Shown: piece after piece, positions 48,801-64,000 of the stretch
Position numbering within the stretch: position 1 is the stretch's first letter
Layout of the letters: each line of letters starts with the position of its first letter
Source of the DNA: the human T2T-CHM13v2.0 reference genome, Homo sapiens
NCBI RefSeq assembly: GCF_009914755.1
Contig: NC_060932.1
DNA length: 64,000 bases
Direction: 5' to 3' (one strand)
The notes under the pieces: generated by a model
The model's database searches: none
What the model was told of the DNA's origin: nothing
Seen by the model: only the letters and a program-made list of their open reading frames with translations
Made by a program: the position numbers and the translations under genes

Positions 48801-49464
48801 CGTATCTCATTTAGCCTCAAAACAACCCTGTGTGTTAAGTATTCTCACCCTAATCTTGAAGATCTGGGAACTGATAATTAGGGTAAGTGACCAGATTTTT
48901 TATTCTTACTGGGGATTTTTTAAATGCTCCAGCAAAAACTCCCCGCAGGGCTGATTTAAAGCCTGGGCCAGGGCCAGTAATCCCAACACTTTAGTAGGCT
49001 GAAGTGGGAGGATCACTTGAGCCCAGGAGTTCGAGACCAGCCTGGGCAACCTAGCAAAACTCTGTTTCTACGAAAAAAATTCAAAATAAATTAACACGAT
49101 AAAGGCTAAGCCAACTGTAGTGGCCCAGACATCAATCTCTAAAGAGTGCAGATACCTTACTGGACACATAATGAGGTGAGACTGTTTCACTTCCGGCTCT
49201 TTTCCTGGGGAAAGGAGCATAGACAGCAGATAGTAAGACACAGTGGATGAGTCATACCCCTGGCTACTAGGCAGAGGGTGGAGCAGAGCCCGGTGAATGC
49301 AGGGTTTGGGCCAGGTTGCAGTGATACCTGAATCCTCAGGGCAACAGAGGAAAGGCTGAGTGGAGCCACCAGAGGGTCCCCTACTCTTCCTCCTGGCAAC
49401 CCCACCCCATCATGCCATGCGGCGTGGCCTCTCCTTCCAAATACTGAACACTCTAACGTTTGGC

Positions 49465-50276
49465 GTGACAGCTATGTAGTTTAAAAATCAAATTTCCACC
49501 ATTATGTACAAGAGTCTAAATGAACAGGAAGTGCGTTTTGTAAAACAAAATTGAGCTTTCTCCACATTCCTTTTTAAAAGAAAATAACTTAGAATGCTGT
49601 AAAGCATTGTGAGATCTTTCTTCCACAGCCTTGAGGTTTTATGTGAGGGAAGATTGGGAAGAGAGAGGGAATCACTGAGAGAGGGTGGGGATAAAAAAAG
49701 AAGGAGGAAGACAAGGATGTGTGGGCACAGAGAAGACTACTGTTTTGAAGGAGAGGCAGGTGGTCTGCATCCTGCAGTCCCCAAGGTAACTTGCACCCAA
49801 CCCTGTCTCTCACCAGCATGCAGGCCTCTCCCTGCCCTGGCAGCCTCCCTCAGGGGGCCTCACTTCTCCCCCCAGCCACACCCCAGCTGCATTTCCTCTC
49901 TCTGCGGGTCACACGGGATAAATGAAACAAATCTCCCACAACAGCGTTCCCACCACGAGGCATTTTGTAAATTACTGTGTATATAAATGGAGGCTGTTTA
50001 GAAATTGTATGTGATTTTCAGCTGGAGTAAATCTTTTCTGTACTTAATGCCAGCGTTGCTGTAAATTGTTTTCCTGGGGAGAAAACAGCAAGCCTGCCAC
50101 ACCACAACCTCAACAGGCGTTATTTCTTTATTTTTTTTTAACTTTTAGAGTGACAGCTATGCAGTTTAAAAATCAAATTTCCATGTGGTAATGTACATGA
50201 GTCTAAATTAACAGGAAATGTGTTTGATGAAACAAAACTGAGCTTTTTCCAAATTCCTTTTTAAAAGGAAATAACT
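49465..50276. repeat. Dispersed direct repeat (~125 nt: 49465-49589 and 50150-50276)
   Basis: GTGACAGCTATG(T/C)AGTTTAAAAATCAAATTTCCA...GAGTCTAAAT(G/T)AACAGGAA...ATTCCTTTTTAAAAG(A/G)AAATAACT occurs in both copies. Confidence 0.92.
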
Positions 50277-50277
50277 A

Positions 50278-50790
<513 letters not shown>

Positions 50791-50799
50791 ATTTTCTCA

Positions 50800-51680
50800 C
50801 TTTTTGATTGAGGTGTAACTTACATACAGTAAAGTGTACAAGTCATGACAGTTTCTTACATGTGTATAGGCCCATGTGGCCACCAACCACATTATGACAT
50901 AGGACGCTTCTGGACTCCAGTGGGCTCCTTGTGCCCCTCCCAGTCAGTATCCCCCAGAGGTGACCACTCTTCTAGTCTCCATCACTATGCATTGGCTTTG
51001 CCTGTGTGATTTGTACCTATGGAAACAGAGTGCTAGACAGACTTATGGAGACATCTCTATATGCATTAGTTGTGTGTTTGGCCTCTTTTGCTCATTGTTG
51101 TTTTTGCCATTCATTGGTGGATGGTGGTGCATATAGCAACAATTCATCCTTTTTCTTTTTCTTTTTTTTTTTTTTTGAGACAGAGTCTTGCTCTGTCACC
51201 CAGGCTGCAGTGGTGCAATCTCAGCTCACTGCAACCTCTGCCTCCAGGGTTCAAGTGGTTCTCCTGCCTCAGCCTCCTGAGTAGCTGGGACTACAAGTTC
51301 GTGCCACCATGCCCAGCTAATTTTTTTATTTTTAGAAGAGACGGGGTTTCACCATATTGGCCAGGCTGGTCTCGAACTCCCAACCTCGTGATCCACCCGC
51401 CTCAGCCTCCCAAAGTGCTGGGATTAGAGGCATGAGCCACCGTGCTCGACCTGTAATTCATCCTTTTTCTTCGCTGTATATCATTCCATGATGTGACTGA
51501 TCACAATGTATCTATTTCATTGTTGATGAGCATTTGCATTGTTTCTAGCTTTGAGTTATTATGAATAAAGCTGCCATGAACACTCCTGTACATGCCTTTG
51601 ATGGACATAGACTCATTTTTCAGACTCAGGAATGGAATCCCAGAGGCAGAGCTATGCACACGTTCAGCTTCAGTAGGCAC
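50800..51680 (-). mobile_element. Old L1M 3' end with an inserted Alu (51147-51452)
   Basis: TTGAGGTGTAACTTACATACAGTAAAGTGTACA...TTATGAATAAAGCTGCCATGAACA. Confidence 0.75.
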
Positions 51681-52338
51681 CGAACCCGCAGTTGCTTTAA
51701 CCCAAGGTGCCTTGGAAAGAGAAGCATCCTCCATGGAAACTCTCACCTGTGGCTTCTAGAAACCCACTCAGTTGCCAGCTGGTGGGAAGTGATGAGGGAC
51801 ATAAGGACAAACTGACTGGAGAGTGTCAGAGAAAAGGAGAGAGAAGCGGGGAAGAAAAGGCAGGAAGAGTCAGGGCTCAAGCACATGGAATAAAAACTTA
51901 TCAAGGGGTGCTGAGGTCAAGGCCAACGAAGAGGGCGGTGTTGAGGATGCTGTCCCCAGAGCGCTCTCCAGGACTGAGTGTTCTCTTGCTGATGACAAAA
52001 AAGAAAGAAAATGGAAACAACAAAGCTTTTATAAGAGGTTAAAATCATTCAGAGTTATGCCATTTGCCTGTAAAAATGAGTAAATTAATTTTCCTGATGA
52101 CAAAATCAGAAATAAATATCTCCTTGAAATCCTCTTATGTCACCACCCTGCAGCAGTGGTGGAGCCTTGGTCATATAGATCAAAATTTACTGTCCCTAAG
52201 AGGCAGTGGCCATGAATTTCCCATCTTATTTACTTAAAAACAAAATTTTATTACAATAGTTGAACTTTATCCTTTACAAGATGACATCTTAGAAAAACTT
52301 TATAAGTAAGTACTAAAGTTGTATATTTTCTTCATTAA

Positions 52339-53690
<1,352 letters not shown>

Positions 53691-54007
53691 TTATTATTAT
53701 TATCATGAACAAAAGTCTGATCCTAGCAGTTCCTCGTCTACCTTCAGGATGACTGGACATAGAGACTTGTGGTTGCCTGGTAATTTCTCAGTGCCTGGCG
53801 TATTGCCCTGACAAGGTGGGAGGTCTGGACATCTGGTCTGGGTTACTTGAGCAAATCAGCAAGTGTTTGGTTTGCACTTTCAGTCTCCCTGTGCTGAGAG
53901 GAGAGAAAATAGCTATGAAGAACTGCTGGCAGAAGTTTAAGATCCTCCCCACTCCCTAGGTCTGCTTTCCCTAGTCATAAAAAGGTGTTCAGCTACCACC
54001 TGACTAA

Positions 54008-55130
<1,123 letters not shown>

Positions 55131-55337
55131 TTTATACATTTTACTAACATTTACTGAGTACCTACTCAGTATAAATAACTGTGATAGTTGCTAAGAGGAG
55201 ATTAAAAGAAAAAGAATGGCATGATTCTTCCCTCAAGAACTTACAATTTTGTAGGTGTGGGTGTATAAAAGTAATTATATAAGGTAAGATGAAATAAGTA
55301 CTATAATGTGTGTACATTCAAAAGAGTACTGGGGCTA

Positions 55338-55991
<654 letters not shown>

Positions 55992-55998
55992 TCATCAA

Positions 55999-56465
<467 letters not shown>

Positions 56466-56599
56466 CTAGTGAGCTTGTGCATTTAGGCACAAACGTGCCT
56501 AATGTGAGACCATCTTGGGAGTCCAGTGAAAATGAACACTCCCCCAAGATAAGGCTCTCCACTTTACTACTAGTTTTTGTGGGTTGGAATTCAGTCTTT

Positions 56600-57775
<1,176 letters not shown>

Positions 57776-58227
57776 CCAGGCACGGTAGCTCATACCTGGA
57801 ATCCCAGCACTTTGGGAGCCCAAGGTGGGTGGATCTCTGGTGGAGCCCAGGAGTTCAAGGCTAGCCTGGTCAACATGGCGAAACCCCATCTCTACAAAAA
57901 TTTTTAAAAAATAACCGCGCGTGATGGTGTGAGCCCATAGTCCCAGCTACTTGGAAGGTTGAGGTGGGAGGTTCGCTTGAGCCCAGGAGATTGAGGCTGC
58001 AGTGAGCCATGATGGAGCTACTGCACTCCAGCCTGGATGATAGAGTGAGACACTGGCTCAAAAAAATAATTAAAAAAAAAAAAAAAAAGCCAGATGCAGT
58101 GGTTCTTGCCTGTAATCAATCCTACCACTTTGGGAGGCCAAAGCAGGTGGATCACCTGCGGTCAGGAGTTCGAGACCAGCCTGGCCAACATGGTGAAACC
58201 CCATCTCTACTAAAAATACAAAGATTA

Positions 58228-58335
<108 letters not shown>

Positions 58336-58379
58336 TTACTCCAGACTGAGCGACAGAGCGAGACTCCATCTCAAAAATA

Positions 58380-58385
<6 letters not shown>

Positions 58386-58415
<30 letters not shown>
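58386..58415. repeat. (TG)15 microsatellite at an Alu tail
   Basis: Uninterrupted TG run directly after tandem Alus at 57773-58378. Confidence 0.95.
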
Positions 58416-58419
<4 letters not shown>

Positions 58420-60330
58420 TGTATGCATGTGAAACAATTCCAGAGTTAGTCGAGAGTCCTAGGAAAAGAGATCAGGGCTGAAAATATAGATATGGGGAAT
58501 CCTGGGGCAATTTCCTCATCTCTTTGTTAACAGATTGTTAGTCAGGTCCAGTTCAGTGTCTTGCATGCTGGACAGCCACTGTAACACACCCAGGGATCTG
58601 TTTCATTCCCCACCTGACCTAGTCCTGGCAAATACACTACCTGTGGTTGTCATTTGGACCAGAGGAAAACGGGATGAACTGGGATCCCAGAGCCCAGGCA
58701 CTGAGGACCGGCTCTGATTCCAGGAACCAAAACAAAGAAAAATAACAGTTATCGTTCGCTTTCATGTGTCAGCCCTACATAGTGCTTCATGGAATCTCTG
58801 TCTTAATTTTCACACCATACCTATGCGATGATTCTTACTTTCCCCACTTGACAGATGAAGAAATGGGCTCAGGTTGGTAAAATGACTTCTTCAAGTTTGT
58901 AAATCAAGCCCAGATCTGTTTCTTTTTTTTTTTTTTAGACGGAGTCTCTGTCTTTTAGGATGAAGTGCAGTGGTGCGATCTCAGTTCACTGCAACCTCCA
59001 CTTCCTGGGTTCAAGTGATTCTCCCAGGAACCTCAGCCTCCCAAGTAGCTGGGATTACAGGCGCCTGCCACCACGCCTGGCTAATTTTTGTATCTTTAGT
59101 AAAGATGGGGTTTCACCATGTTGGCCAGGCTGGTCTCAAACTCCTGATCTCAAGTGATCCATCCACCTCGGCCTCCCAAAGTGCTGGGATTACAGGCGTC
59201 AGCCACTGCACCCCCTACATCTGTTTGATGCTGTTCTACTGTATTACCTCTCCTTGCTGCATGTGCTTGGGCCAGATGTTTAGTTCCTCTGGGCTGGGGT
59301 TTCTTCATTTATTAAGTGGGACATTAAAAAACTGATTATTAGGATGGGTGCAGTGGCTCAGGCCTGTATAATCCCGGCACTCTAGGAGGCTGAAGCAGGA
59401 AAATCAGTTAAGCCCAGGAGTTGAGGATCAGTGTGGGCAATATAGTGAGACCTCATCTTTACAAAAAATAAATTTAATAAAATTAGGTGGGGTTGTGCAC
59501 GCCTGTAGTCCCAGCTCCTTGGTAGGCTGAGGTGGGAGGATCACTTTGAGCCCAGGAGGTAGAGGCTGCAGTGAGCTGTGGTCATGCCACTGCACTCCAG
59601 CCTGGGTGACAGAGTGAGACTCTGCTTCTAAAAAAAAAACCACATTGACTGTTATGGTCTCATCTAGCTGTAATCTTCTGGATTCTGAATGCATTTGAGT
59701 GTGTTTATGTTTCAGTTTTCTAAGTGACTTTGAATCTTACTGTAGCTGAAATGCTTTAGCTAGAGCATGATCTCCATGCTTTCACAGCGAGAGGGGTGAT
59801 GACCCAGCAGCTGGGGCATCTGAAATGCAGGGATTTGTTGTTGTGAGCCCCGAGGTGAAAGGCCTCTTGGAAGCATAAAGGATTCTGTCAGAGCCACTTT
59901 GCTCCCTTGCCCACAGTGCCTTCCTTTCCTTAGCTCTGGGAAATAGTTCTTATTTTCTAAATCATTGTGCTTTGAAGACCAAGCCTGCTGGGGAATGTCA
60001 AAGGGGTCACAGGGTTAAATACAGAACCGAGTCTGTTCGCTGCGATGCCAGCCGCTGTCACCCACCCCAGCTAGACCTTGTCATTGGGGCTCCCTGCAAG
60101 AGGATCGTCATTTCCTCTAGGCTTTGCCAACAGCAAAGAGAAAAGGGCTCTTTCTTCACTGACGTGTGCCCGCCTGGATCCAGAACGGTATTCTGATGGC
60201 AGACAGGAAGAACCGCTCCAGCTTAGTGGCGTGATGTTTGTTCAAAATCTATCTTCAGTGCAAATGTTCTTCGGATGTTTAAATCTCCTATCGTAACTTT
60301 TTGGTGGTTGTACATTTCTAACATGTCTTA

Positions 60331-60700
<370 letters not shown>

Positions 60701-60784
60701 TCAACTCTCCCAGTATGCTTGACCAATAATTTATCCAGGTAAAAGTTATTACTATCTTCTTAATTTTTATAAAAAGCCCCAGGG

Positions 60785-64000
<3,216 letters not shown>

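Overview
Primate (almost certainly human) genomic DNA containing the 3' end of FZD3 (Frizzled-3) on the + strand. It holds the last two coding exons (3905-4138 and 10965-11178, encoding the Ser/His/Arg-rich cytoplasmic tail ending ...EEDGTSA*), then an AT-rich 3' UTR that plausibly runs about 11 kb to an AATAAA/ATTAAA at 22407-22418. The remaining ~41 kb is Alu-dense intergenic sequence with L1, L2, MIR, MaLR/ERV1 solo LTRs and DNA-transposon fossils (MER2, MER58A, MER5, MER47A, MADE1), plus a few CpG-retaining patches that look regulatory. From memory this is chr8p21, with EXTL3 the next gene downstream; that cannot be confirmed from the sequence. Almost all ORFs in the supplied track are Alu/L1 artefacts. 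I found no prokaryote-style system and cannot demonstrate a new biological system. The best leads are: (1) a strong splice acceptor inside the 3' UTR at 20257, followed by a CpG-retaining 22-codon frame in phase with the penultimate exon (candidate alternative FZD3 C-terminus); (2) a UTR-only ST13-like retrocopy broken by two Alus; (3) a ~125-bp direct repeat bracketing a unique segment at 49465-50276; (4) a candidate poison exon in the upstream intron; (5) inverted Alus in the long UTR. Repeat family names come from recognition of consensus motifs, not a database search, and repeat boundaries are approximate.
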